Positions 40,009 to 49,197 of a stretch of DNA of 64,000 nucleotides are shown here, one piece after another (position 1 is the first letter of the stretch; every line of letters begins with the position of its first letter). The position numbers were made by a program, and so were the translations under genes. The notes below the pieces were generated by a model. It saw only the letters and a list, made by a program, of their open reading frames with translations. It had not been told where the DNA came from and ran no database searches. Source of the DNA: Botrimarina sp. (GTDB lineage: Bacteria; Planctomycetota; Planctomycetia; Pirellulales; Lacipirellulaceae). The stretch is from assembly GCF_040219535.1 (NCBI RefSeq), contig NZ_JAVJSH010000002.1:16370-80369 (forward strand), given 5' to 3'.

Positions 40009-43000
40009 ATGGTCACCCGACCGATGCCGACCCCTTCCGTGCTCTTCTCCTCCCCGGTCGCTAGCCGCTGGTTGGGCGTGCTGCTCGTCGCGCTAGCGGC
40101 GGCCACGCTGTGCGGCTCGCCGGCGCCGGCCCAAGAGAACGCCGATACGCCGGCCGCCACAGCCGAGCCAGCGGCCGAGCCAGCGGCGGAGCCAGAGGCT
40201 GCCGACACGCCGCCGGCCGAGGCCGCCGCGGAGACCGACGCCGACACGCCGGCCGTCGATCCAGCGCCCGAAACGCCGGCCGAGGAACCGGTCGACACGC
40301 CGGTGATCGAGCCGGCCGCCGCGCCGCCGTCGGAGGTCGCAGCCGGCGCCGATGTGGCCGAAGCCGACCCGGCCGAAGGGGAGCCCATGGCCGGCGTGCC
40401 GTCGCCAGAAAACCGCGACCTCGCCGCGGGCGACGCGGCCGAGGCCGCCATCGATGAGGCCGACGCCGGCGGTGGCAGCGCGCTGACGTGGCTCGTGACG
40501 CTGGCGGCGATCGTCGTGCCGATCCTGCTGGGCAACTGGCTCGCCAAGGCGTGGAGGATGCCGGAGAAGGCGTGGCGGATCGCCACCGTGCTGACCTCGT
40601 TGTCGGTGGCCGCCCTCTGCGTAGCGACCGGCCAGTTCAAAGGCGGCCCCGACCTGGCCGGCGGCATCACGCTCGTGTACGAGCTGGCCGACCCGGACCT
40701 GGTCTTCGACCCGCTCGACCCCGACCAGCCGCCGGCCGACGAGGCCGACGACGCCGAAGGCCCGCGGCGCCGCGTGGACATGGAGCAGTTGATCGCCGCG
40801 CTGAAACGGCGGATCGACCCGGCCGGGACCAAGGAGGTCTCGATCCGCAACTACGGCGGCGCGATCGAGATCATCATCCCGAAGGCCGGGCCGGACGACC
40901 TGCAGTTCATCAAGCGGCGGATCACCGACCTGGGGCAGCTCGAGTTCCGGATCGTCGCCGACCGGCGCTGGAGCGAGGACCGCAACATCATCGAGGCGGC
41001 CGCCAACCTCGGCCCCAGCGAGAAGATCGTGTCGATCGGCGGAGCGACGCGCGCCAAGTGGGTCCCCTACGACACCGAGAAGTTCCCCGTCGAGGACCCG
41101 CGGCTGGTCACCCGCGAAGCCAACGGCCGCGACGAGATCCTCGTGCTGATGGACCGCTGGGACGTCACCGGCGAGTACCTGACGGGCGTGTCGAAGTCGT
41201 ACGGCGACCTGGGCCGCCCGGTCGTGAACTTCAACTTCGACTCGATCGGCTCGGCCAAGTTCGGCCGCTTCACCGGCGAGAACCTCCCCAACCCGGCCAC
41301 GCCCGACGTGAAGCGTAAGCTGGGCATCCTGCTCGACGACACGCTGCTCTCCGCGCCGGAGCTGAACGACCGGATCACGGGCAGCGGCCAGATCACGATC
41401 GGCGGGCCGAACGTCGAGCAAGAGGTCGACAACCTGGTCGGCATCCTCAACGCGGGCAGCCTGCCGGCCGCGCTGGTCAAGACTCCAATCAGCGAAGAGC
41501 AGGTCAGCCCCACCCTCGGCGCCGAGACGATCCAGCGCGGCACGTTCGCGATCGGCGTGTCGCTCGCCGCGGTGCTCCTGTTCATACTCGTCTACTACCG
41601 CTTCGCCGGCCTCGTGGCCTGCCTCGCGCTGGCGGCCACGCTGCTGCTGGTGCTCGCCGCGATGGTCGTCATGCAGGCGGCGTTCACGCTGCCCGGCCTG
41701 GCCGGCCTCGTGCTGACGGTGGGCATGGCGGTCGACGCGAACGTGCTGATCTTCGAGCGGATCCGCGAGGAACTCGCCAAGGGGGCCGGCCTGCGGATGG
41801 CGATCCGCAACGGCTTCGGCAAGGCCACCACGACCATCATCGACGCGAACGTCACCACGCTGATCGCGGCGGTGATCCTCTACAACGTCGGCACCGGGCC
41901 GATCAAGGGGTTCGGCATCACGCTGTTCCTCGGCATCGTGATGTCGATGTACACCGCCATCTTCTGCGCCCGCACGGTGTTCGACATCGCCGAGCGGCGC
42001 CGCTGGATCAAGACGCTGAAGTTCGGCTCGATCCTCGGCGAGACCAACATCGACTTCATCGGCAAGCGTGTGCCGGCGATCGTGTTCTCTGTGCTGTTGA
42101 TCGCGGCCGGCTTGGTCGGCGTGTTCGGCCGCGGCGAGAACCTGCTGGACATCGACTTCACCGGCGGCTCGAGCGTCACGTTCGTGCTCGACGAGCCGAT
42201 GACATTTAGCGAAGTGAACGAGAAGGTCCGCTCGACCGAGCTGGGGGATAAGAACCTCACCGTGATCCAGAGCGGTGAGACCGGCCTGCGGTTCACCGTG
42301 AACAGCGGCATCGACGACGTCGAGCGTGTCGAGGCCGTGATCGCCGAGGAGTTCGGCGACTCGCTGAAGAACTACGCGCTGGCGATCGGCGAGCCCGAGG
42401 CTTTCGAGGAGCGTGGCGGCACGACCGGCACGACCCTGCCGCTCACGTTCAACGAGGGAGAGGGCTTCGGCGAGAACGACGGCCTCACGCACGACGCGCT
42501 CGTGGAACGGATCGAGGAGATCCTCGCCCAGTCCGGCCGGCCCGGCGTCGAGCCGCAGCTAGAGAACCCCGCGTACACGGCGGGCAGCAGCCAACGGTTC
42601 AAGGAGTGGACGATGCGCCTCGGCTTGCCGGCCGAGCAAACCGTCGAGGTCGCCGAGGCCCTGCAAGCGGAGCTGGCCGCCGAGCCGCTGTTCCCGCTGG
42701 CGAGCAAGATCGGCGCGCGGGTCGCCGGCGACCTGCAAGAGAAGGCCGTTTGGGCGGTCGTCCTCAGCCTGATCGGGATCATCGCGTACCTGTGGTTCCG
42801 CTTCCAGAACGTGTACTACGGCGTCGCGGCGGTGATCGCGCTGATCCACGACGTGCTGGTCACCCTCGGCGCGATCGCCCTGTCGGCGTGGGTCGTGTCG
42901 GCCGTGCCGCCGCTCGCCACGGCGCTGCAGATCGACGCGTTCCAGATCAGCCTGCCGATCCTCGCGGCCTTCATCACGATCATCGGCTACTCGCTGAACG

Positions 43001-43317
43001 ACACGATCGTCATCTTCGACCGCATCCGCGAGGTCCGCGGCAAGAGCCCGCGCCTGACCGCCGAGACAGTCAACAAGTCGATCAACCAAACCCTCAGCCG
43101 CACGGTGCTGACCTCGCTCACCACGTTGATCGTGGTCGTGGTGCTGTACTTCTTCGGCGGCGCCGGGATCCACGCGTTCGCGTTCGCCCTGGTGGTCGGC
43201 GTGATCGTCGGCACCTACTCCACGGTGTTCATCGCCACGCCGGCGCTGCTGGCGCTGGCCGGCACCGACGACGACGGCACCGCCGCCACGGCCGGCAACC
43301 CCCGGGCCGCGGCGTAA
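40009..43317 (+). CDS. secDF: fused protein translocase subunits SecD-SecF with about 160-aa acidic Pro/Ala-rich N-terminal extension
   Basis: The SecD periplasmic domain and its 6 TM helices are followed by the SecF domain and its 6 TM helices (LGIDFTGG-type motif IDFTGGSSVTF, and IVIFDRIRE twice). Confidence 0.9.
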   Translation: MVTRPMPTPSVLFSSPVASRWLGVLLVALAAATLCGSPAPAQENADTPAATAEPAAEPAAEPEAADTPPAEAAAETDADTPAVDPAPETPAEEPVDTPVIEPAAAPPSEVAAGADVAEADPAEGEPMAGVPSPENRDLAAGDAAEAAIDEADAGGGSALTWLVTLAAIVVPILLGNWLAKAWRMPEKAWRIATVLTSLSVAALCVATGQFKGGPDLAGGITLVYELADPDLVFDPLDPDQPPADEADDAEGPRRRVDMEQLIAALKRRIDPAGTKEVSIRNYGGAIEIIIPKAGPDDLQFIKRRITDLGQLEFRIVADRRWSEDRNIIEAAANLGPSEKIVSIGGATRAKWVPYDTEKFPVEDPRLVTREANGRDEILVLMDRWDVTGEYLTGVSKSYGDLGRPVVNFNFDSIGSAKFGRFTGENLPNPATPDVKRKLGILLDDTLLSAPELNDRITGSGQITIGGPNVEQEVDNLVGILNAGSLPAALVKTPISEEQVSPTLGAETIQRGTFAIGVSLAAVLLFILVYYRFAGLVACLALAATLLLVLAAMVVMQAAFTLPGLAGLVLTVGMAVDANVLIFERIREELAKGAGLRMAIRNGFGKATTTIIDANVTTLIAAVILYNVGTGPIKGFGITLFLGIVMSMYTAIFCARTVFDIAERRRWIKTLKFGSILGETNIDFIGKRVPAIVFSVLLIAAGLVGVFGRGENLLDIDFTGGSSVTFVLDEPMTFSEVNEKVRSTELGDKNLTVIQSGETGLRFTVNSGIDDVERVEAVIAEEFGDSLKNYALAIGEPEAFEERGGTTGTTLPLTFNEGEGFGENDGLTHDALVERIEEILAQSGRPGVEPQLENPAYTAGSSQRFKEWTMRLGLPAEQTVEVAEALQAELAAEPLFPLASKIGARVAGDLQEKAVWAVVLSLIGIIAYLWFRFQNVYYGVAAVIALIHDVLVTLGAIALSAWVVSAVPPLATALQIDAFQISLPILAAFITIIGYSLNDTIVIFDRIREVRGKSPRLTAETVNKSINQTLSRTVLTSLTTLIVVVVLYFFGGAGIHAFAFALVVGVIVGTYSTVFIATPALLALAGTDDDGTAATAGNPRAAA

Positions 43318-43395
43318 GGGGGGAGTTGCTAGTTGCTACGCGCCGGTTGGCCGGTGCGGCGCAGGCGTGTTGGTATGGCCGCCGCGCGCCGCCAG

Positions 43396-43443
43396 TCCCA
43401 GCGCGGCAGGGCCCAGCGCGGTAGGGCCCCAGCGCGGTAGAGA
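43396..43443. repeat. three tandem 15-17 nt units CCCAGCGCGG(C/T)AG(G/A)G..
   Basis: Read directly in the spacer downstream of secDF. Confidence 0.7.
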
Positions 43444-43884
43444 CCCAGCCCCGTGGCGGCAGCCCGGGGCACAACGCGAAGCACAGCCCCGCACCAGCCG
43501 TTGTCACCGGCGGCGTTTCGCTAGTCCGCACAGCTTCGCGCAGAGCGCGCGCTGTTTCTCTTGCGGCGCCGGCCCGGCCGCGAACTGCGGGTCGCCCGCC
43601 GCGTAGAAGGGGCCAGCCAGAAGGGCGCCGCCGCGAACGGCCCGCCCGCAAGGCTTCGCTGATCGGCCCGAAGCGTCCTTCACCGCCCCCTGCTGGCGGC
43701 GCCGGCGCCGGGGCGCCGATCTCTCTCAACGACACCGATGTAAGCGGACCCGGACCGGACGACGCCGGGCCGCTGTTGTGTTCACGGACGAGCCTTTCCT
43801 TACCAAGACCCGCGCCCGCGGTACGCGCTAGCCACTCGTGGCGGCGCCCCTCGACGGCGACGGGTCGCGGACCGGGTCCTCGCC

Positions 43885-44943
43885 GTGAACGAATTTGCAA
43901 AGCTAGTCTCATCGCTCGTGCTGCTTGGCGCGGGCTTCTTTGTCGCCTCGATCCTGGGACCGCCCGACGCGTTGGAGCGAGTCGCGGGCTACTTCCAAGG
44001 GCCGCAGCCGCCCGAGGTGGGCCTGCAACCGGTGGCCGGCGACGCGCCGTCCCTACGCACCGACGCGTGGCCCGCGTTGCCGGCCGCGTCCGAAGAGTCG
44101 GCGCCGGCCGCCGACGAGCCGAACGGCGGGTGGGGCGGCCCGGTCGCGCCGAGTGTGGACCGCGCGTCGTGGCCCGCGCCGGAAGCGTCGGCCGACAGCC
44201 GGCCGGTCCTGCCGGGTCCCGCGTCGTGGGACGGCGCGGCCGACCCGCCCGCGTTGCCGGAGTTGACGCCGCCCAAGCGGCCGCTCAAGCCAATCCCCCG
44301 CGGCGGCGCCGCGCAAGCGACGCGCGGCGAGGCCCCCGCCACGCCGCGGTCGGCCCAAGCGGCCGTCGCCCCCCCCGGCAGCGCGCCGGCCGAGCGGGGC
44401 ACGGCCGAGCGGGGCACGCTCGCCGACAGCCCGTACGGCAAACGCCCCGCGTACGACCCGGCGGTCGGCGGCGTGGCGTGGGACGCGCCGGCCGACGACG
44501 CGTTCGCGCCGCTGCCGGGCCCGGCGGCGATCGAGCGGACCGCCGCGGTGGGCGACTACCAGCAGCACGTCGTCTCCGACGGCGACACGCTGGAAGAACT
44601 GGCCGAGCGTTACCTGGGCGACGCGGCCCGCGCTGGCGAGATCTACGAGCTCAACCGCGACCGGCTCGACAGCCCCGACCTGCTGCCGATCGGCATGGTG
44701 CTCCGCACGCCGACGCTGCGTGCGTACGAGCGACCCGCCGACCGCTCGGCCCCGACGGGCGACGACGCCTCGGCGACCGGCGGGGTGTTCTCGACGGTCT
44801 CGTCGGCGACGCCGCACCGCGCGGCGCGGCCGCTGACGCGCGTCGAGCAGAACGCCGAGCCCCGCCTGAGCGACGAGCAACGGCTCGGCCCGGTCGACCC
44901 GCTCTACAGCCACGAGGTGATGTGGGGCGCAAGCCCCTGGTGA
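43885..44943 (+). CDS. LysM domain protein with N-terminal membrane anchor and Pro/Ala-rich linker
   Basis: The LysM motif is HVVSDGDTLEELAERYLGDAARAGEIYELNRDRLDSPDLLPIGMVLRTP. The N-terminus is hydrophobic (LVSSLVLLGAGFFVASIL). The start is GTG. Confidence 0.65.
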   Translation: MNEFAKLVSSLVLLGAGFFVASILGPPDALERVAGYFQGPQPPEVGLQPVAGDAPSLRTDAWPALPAASEESAPAADEPNGGWGGPVAPSVDRASWPAPEASADSRPVLPGPASWDGAADPPALPELTPPKRPLKPIPRGGAAQATRGEAPATPRSAQAAVAPPGSAPAERGTAERGTLADSPYGKRPAYDPAVGGVAWDAPADDAFAPLPGPAAIERTAAVGDYQQHVVSDGDTLEELAERYLGDAARAGEIYELNRDRLDSPDLLPIGMVLRTPTLRAYERPADRSAPTGDDASATGGVFSTVSSATPHRAARPLTRVEQNAEPRLSDEQRLGPVDPLYSHEVMWGASPW

Positions 44944-44977
44944 GCCGCTGATAACCCTCCCGGGGGAGCACGCCGGC

Positions 44978-46867
44978 TCAGGCCGGCGCCGGGGTGGTCG
45001 CGCCGGTGGCGTCGGGGCGCTGGTCGGGGCGCTGGTCGGGGCCGCTCGGGGGCCGCGACGCGGCGGCGGGGTTGGCCCGGGTCGCGCGGCCGCAGATGCG
45101 GTCGAAGTGCCGGATGTTCGCCGCGGTGACCGCCGCCCCCAGCGCCACGTAGAACAGCGTGCCGCCGGCGTAGGCGAAGAGGATCTCGTCGTCGGGCGGT
45201 CCCTCCGCGGCCAGCAACATCGGCACGGCCAACAACACGGGCGCGACGGCCGGCAGGCCGAACAGCTCGAACAGCAGATCGCTGCGTGTGAGGATGCCGG
45301 TCAGCATGCCCAGGAGCACCGGGTAGACCGCGGAGATCGCCAGCATGATGGCGATGGTCACGCCGACCGCCTTGATCGAGCTGCCGATCCGCAGCGACGC
45401 GGCCAAGCCAACGGCTGTCGCCGCGAGCGAGACGATCCCCAGCGACAGCGCGAAGCCCAGCGCGGCGGGGATCGCCACCGGGCTGTAAATCAGCGCCGTC
45501 AGCGGGATCGCGACCGCGCCGGCCAGGCCCCAGCGGAAGTTGTAGAAGTTGCCCCCCATCTTCCCGGCGACGATCTCCGCGCCGGTGAGCGGCGTGGTGA
45601 GCAGGGAGAGCCAGGTCTCGCGCTCGCGTTCGTAGCTCACCAGCCCCGCCGCGCGGGCGCCCATGGCGAGAACGACAACCGACCCGACGGCGGTCGCCAG
45701 CCCGCACGCGACGAGCATGTAGTCCTCGAAGTCGACCCGCCCGCCGAACAGGTACCCCGACGCGATCACGCCGACGAGCGTCGCGGCGATCGCGATGACC
45801 AGCACCCCGACGCCGACGCGGTGGCGGATCGCCGCGCCGCGTTTCTTCGGCAGCGACGCGGCGTACATCTCTTTCCACAGCACCGGGCGGAGCTCGTAGG
45901 GGGAGCGCGTGGCGGACGCGGCGGCGCCCTTCTTGCCGGCGGCCTTCTTCGCATGTCCCGGCGCGCCGGCCGCGGCCAGGTGCGTGCGGCGCACCGTGGC
46001 GACGGCCACCGCCAGCAGCACCGCGGTCACGCCGAGCTGGGCGCCGCAGGTTTTGAAAACGACCGACGAGTCGAAGTCGACGCCCAGATTCCCCCCGAGC
46101 AACCCGCCCCCCTGGATCATCGCGGCGACCGGGTTGATCAGCAGCAAGAACCAAGTGACCGGCTGCAAGACCCACTCCGACAGCCACACGACCCAGGGCC
46201 GCTGGACCGGGCTCAAGAACGCGCCCGCGGCGAGCAAGAACCCCGGGAGGATCAGGAAGGCGACCGTCCCGGAGATGGCGCGCTGGGCGGCGTCGCGGGC
46301 CCGCTCGTGGTAGGCGCCGGTCAGCAGCGCGTACGACGCGACCAACGCGCCGGTCGTGGCCAACAGCGCCGCGTGCGCCAGCAGCAGCTCGCCCGGCACG
46401 CCGCCGAGGAGGCGGAAGATGGCGAGCACCGGCGCGGCGGCGAGGACGATCTTGCCGACGGTGAGCAGCCGCGCGAGGAGCTTGTCGAGCACGATCTCGG
46501 CGTTCGACAGGTCGGTGGCGAACAGGTACTCGATGGTCCGCCGCTCGCGCTCCGTGGCGATCGCCCCGGCCGCGACGACCGGCGTGACGGCCAGCACCGC
46601 GCCCATCGTGAGCCACGCCGCGCTGGTGTAGAAGGCCGACGTGATCTCGGCCAGCGTGCGGATCGACAGGGTCGACTGCTCGTACGCGCTGACGCCCGCG
46701 TAGATCAGCGCGAGGACCGCGAGCATCGCCGCGCCGACCAGCGCGCGGATCCAGAAGTAGCGCGTCTTGCGCCCCGCGGCGATCATCTCGTGGCGGAAGA
46801 CGGGGCCAAGCGCAGGCACGGGCGGCGGGCTCGGGGGCGAGGGGACGCGGGCGCCCGACTGTAACAC
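44978..46867 (-). CDS. tandem-duplicated ABC-2-type permease-like membrane protein (no adjacent ATPase)
   Basis: It has many TM helices. An ABC-2-like motif occurs twice (IATERERRTIEYLFATDLSNAEIVLDK and VSYERERETWLSLLTTPLTGAEIVAGK). The start is uncertain (GTG 46867 or ATG 46786). The upstream part of ORF 44978..47425 overlaps cysE. Confidence 0.55.
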   Translation of the reverse strand: MLQSGARVPSPPSPPPVPALGPVFRHEMIAAGRKTRYFWIRALVGAAMLAVLALIYAGVSAYEQSTLSIRTLAEITSAFYTSAAWLTMGAVLAVTPVVAAGAIATERERRTIEYLFATDLSNAEIVLDKLLARLLTVGKIVLAAAPVLAIFRLLGGVPGELLLAHAALLATTGALVASYALLTGAYHERARDAAQRAISGTVAFLILPGFLLAAGAFLSPVQRPWVVWLSEWVLQPVTWFLLLINPVAAMIQGGGLLGGNLGVDFDSSVVFKTCGAQLGVTAVLLAVAVATVRRTHLAAAGAPGHAKKAAGKKGAAASATRSPYELRPVLWKEMYAASLPKKRGAAIRHRVGVGVLVIAIAATLVGVIASGYLFGGRVDFEDYMLVACGLATAVGSVVVLAMGARAAGLVSYERERETWLSLLTTPLTGAEIVAGKMGGNFYNFRWGLAGAVAIPLTALIYSPVAIPAALGFALSLGIVSLAATAVGLAASLRIGSSIKAVGVTIAIMLAISAVYPVLLGMLTGILTRSDLLFELFGLPAVAPVLLAVPMLLAAEGPPDDEILFAYAGGTLFYVALGAAVTAANIRHFDRICGRATRANPAAASRPPSGPDQRPDQRPDATGATTPAPA

Positions 46868-46911
46868 GCCGGTGAACGAGAGAGATAGAGAACCGGGCTG
46901 TTCCCTCCCCC

Positions 46912-47862
46912 TCACGCCGGGGCCGCGGCGTCGCCGCCGCGGACGCGTAGCTTCGGCTTCTCGATGACGATCGTCGAGTGCGGCTCGACGCTGTCGGTGA
47001 GCCACACGCTCGAGCCGATCACCGAGTCGTGCCCGACGGTCGTGCGGCCGCCGAGGATCGTGGCGTTCGCGTACACGACCACGCGGTCCTCGATCGTCGG
47101 GTGCCGCTTGGTGTCGCGCACCAGCTTGCCGTCGGCGTCCTTGGGGAAGGACAACGCGCCGAGCGTCACGCCCTGGTAGAGCTTCACGTGCGACCCGATG
47201 CGGCACGTCTCGCCGATCACGACGCCCGTCCCGTGGTCGATGAAGAAGTACGGCCCGATCGTCGCGCCGGGGTGGATGTCGATCCCGGTGCGGCCGTGCG
47301 CCCACTCGGTCATCATCCGCGGGATGAAGGGGATGTCGAGGTCGAACAGCTGGTGGGCCAGGCGCTGGACGGTGACCGCTTCGAGGCCGGGGTAGCAGAA
47401 GATGACCTCGTCGGCGCCCTTGCACGCGGGGTCGCCGTCGTAGGCGGCCTCGACGTCGGTTGCGAGGACCTCGCGCAGCTCAGGCAAGCGGTCCAGGAAG
47501 AGCATCGTCTTGGCTTGGCCGAGCGCCTCGAAGTCCTCGACCGACTCGCAGTCGCCGACCAGCCCGTCGCGCACCGCCTCGTGCCGCAGGGCGCGGCCGA
47601 CCTGCTGGGTCAGGCGGTCGTGCAGGCGGTCGACGAGGTCGCCCACGTAGTAGCCGATGTTCCCCCGGTGCAAGCCCTCGCGGTTGCGGTAGCCGGGGTA
47701 GATCAGCTCCATCAGGTCCTGCGTGGCGGCGACCACCTCGCTGTAACGCGGCAGCGGGCAGTGCCCCAGGTGGTTCAGCTTGCCGAGCCGGTCGTAGGTC
47801 GCCACCAGGCGCTGGGTGAGCCGCGGTAGGTCGTCGTCTTTTACGCGGGGGTCGGTTGCCAT
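46912..47862 (-). CDS. cysE: serine O-acetyltransferase
   Basis: A SATase N-domain is followed by hexapeptide repeats ([35 protein letters not shown]). Confidence 0.9.
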   Translation of the reverse strand: MATDPRVKDDDLPRLTQRLVATYDRLGKLNHLGHCPLPRYSEVVAATQDLMELIYPGYRNREGLHRGNIGYYVGDLVDRLHDRLTQQVGRALRHEAVRDGLVGDCESVEDFEALGQAKTMLFLDRLPELREVLATDVEAAYDGDPACKGADEVIFCYPGLEAVTVQRLAHQLFDLDIPFIPRMMTEWAHGRTGIDIHPGATIGPYFFIDHGTGVVIGETCRIGSHVKLYQGVTLGALSFPKDADGKLVRDTKRHPTIEDRVVVYANATILGGRTTVGHDSVIGSSVWLTDSVEPHSTIVIEKPKLRVRGGDAAAPA

Positions 47863-48175
47863 CTTTGGGCTCCCGGGAGGGGGTCGGCGCCGTGGCCCCA
47901 AGCGGGCGAGGGGCGGCGGGGCGGGCCGATTGCAAGCGAGAGAGAAAGCCCGCGGCGCCGTGCCGGCGCCGCTAGCGGACGCATCGTCCCGCGCCGGCCG
48001 TTGGCCGGGCGGGCTCGGTACACGCGCCGCGGACGCCGTTTCTGCCGTGCTTGCTCATAGCGCGCATCGTAGGCCGACTAGGAAGACCGGGCAACTCGCT
48101 GCGGCCTACTTCGGCGCCAAGCCGCCCGGCGGTGCAGCGTTTCTGCCATCGCCCGGAAGGTCGAGGAGGGGGGAA

Positions 48176-48356
48176 GCTTGAGGCTTGAGGCTTGAGGGGT
48201 GAGGCTTGAGGGGTGAGGCGTGAGGGGTGAGGCGTGAGGGGTGAGGCGTGAGGGGTGACGGTTAGTGGTGGCTCGTGAACGTAACGCAGGGGTCCCTCGT
48301 CCCCCGTCCCTCGTCCCTCGTCCCTCGTCCCTCGTCCCTCGTCCCTCGTCCCTCAT
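48176..48356. repeat. two facing heptamer arrays: 12 G-rich units (GCTTGAG/GGGTGAG/GCGTGAG, 48176-48259) and 9 C-rich units (CCCTCGT, 48294-48356) separated by 34 nt
   Basis: Read directly. The arrays are imperfectly complementary (GTGAGGG versus the reverse complement ACGAGGG). The C-rich array runs into the PP2C stop codon at 48353-48355. Confidence 0.85.
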
Positions 48357-49171
48357 CCCCTTCGCATCACGAGCAGTGTGAGGTCGTCGGCTTTGGCCGG
48401 CAGGTCGATAGCGGCGCCGAGCATCCGCTCGCGCGCCGCTTGGGCGACGCGCTGGGCCGCGGTGGCGGCGGGCCCGCGGCGTACGAGCGACACGATCTCG
48501 GCCACGGTCAGGTTGTCGAACAAGCCATCGCTCGCGACCAGCACCGTGTCGAGCTTCGCCAGCGGCGCGGCGGCGCCGATCTCGATCCGCGAATCGGCCG
48601 CGCCGACCACGTTCGACACCAAGTGGCGCTCGTCGTGGTGCATGGCCTCGTGGTGGTCGATGAGGCCCGCCTCGACGCCGTAGCCGACCGGCGAGTGGGC
48701 GGTCGTGAGCAGCTTCACCTTGCCGCGGCCCCCGCACACCAGCACGCCGGCGTCGCCGACGTGGTAGGTCCGCGCGAGGTCGCCGTCGGGGCCGCCGATG
48801 GTCACCTCGACAACGGCGAGCGTCGTCGCCGCGCCGGCCCCGATCCGCATGACCGCCCCGTTGGCCGACTCGATGCCGTCGAGGATCGCCGTGCGGAGCT
48901 GGCTCGTTTGGCGGTCGGCGCGGTCGATCGCGTCGGCCAGTTCTTGGATCGCTCGGCGCGAGGCCTCCTCGCCCCGCGCGGCGCCCCCCAGCCCGTCGGC
49001 GACCGCCAGCACCGCCGAGTGCTCGTCCCACGGGATGACGGCGGCGGCGTCTTCGTTGACGGTCTCTTTGAAGGGCGAGCGGCTCGAGTAAGCGGCCACC
49101 GCGCGACCGCCCAGGCGGCCCCAGAGGGCCGGCTCGGACATGTCGCATTGGAAGTAAAGCGCCGCCGCCAT
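48353..49171 (-). CDS. PP2C-family Ser/Thr protein phosphatase
   Basis: NEDAAAV.., VADGLGG, TTLAVV, HVGDAG, LVASDGLFDN and DDLTLLV are PP2C motifs. The start is ATG 49171 or 49141. Confidence 0.85.
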   Translation of the reverse strand: MAAALYFQCDMSEPALWGRLGGRAVAAYSSRSPFKETVNEDAAAVIPWDEHSAVLAVADGLGGAARGEEASRRAIQELADAIDRADRQTSQLRTAILDGIESANGAVMRIGAGAATTLAVVEVTIGGPDGDLARTYHVGDAGVLVCGGRGKVKLLTTAHSPVGYGVEAGLIDHHEAMHHDERHLVSNVVGAADSRIEIGAAAPLAKLDTVLVASDGLFDNLTVAEIVSLVRRGPAATAAQRVAQAARERMLGAAIDLPAKADDLTLLVMRRG

Positions 49172-49197
49172 CGTGGGGCCTCGCCCGGCGCGGGGAC

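Noticed and set aside
48176-48356. Possibility that the heptamer arrays (and those at 37806, 53797 and 59068) are CRISPR arrays
   Set aside because: The units are 7 nt and directly abutting, with no spacers. There are no cas genes, and the arrays are arranged as inverted arms. This is not CRISPR architecture.
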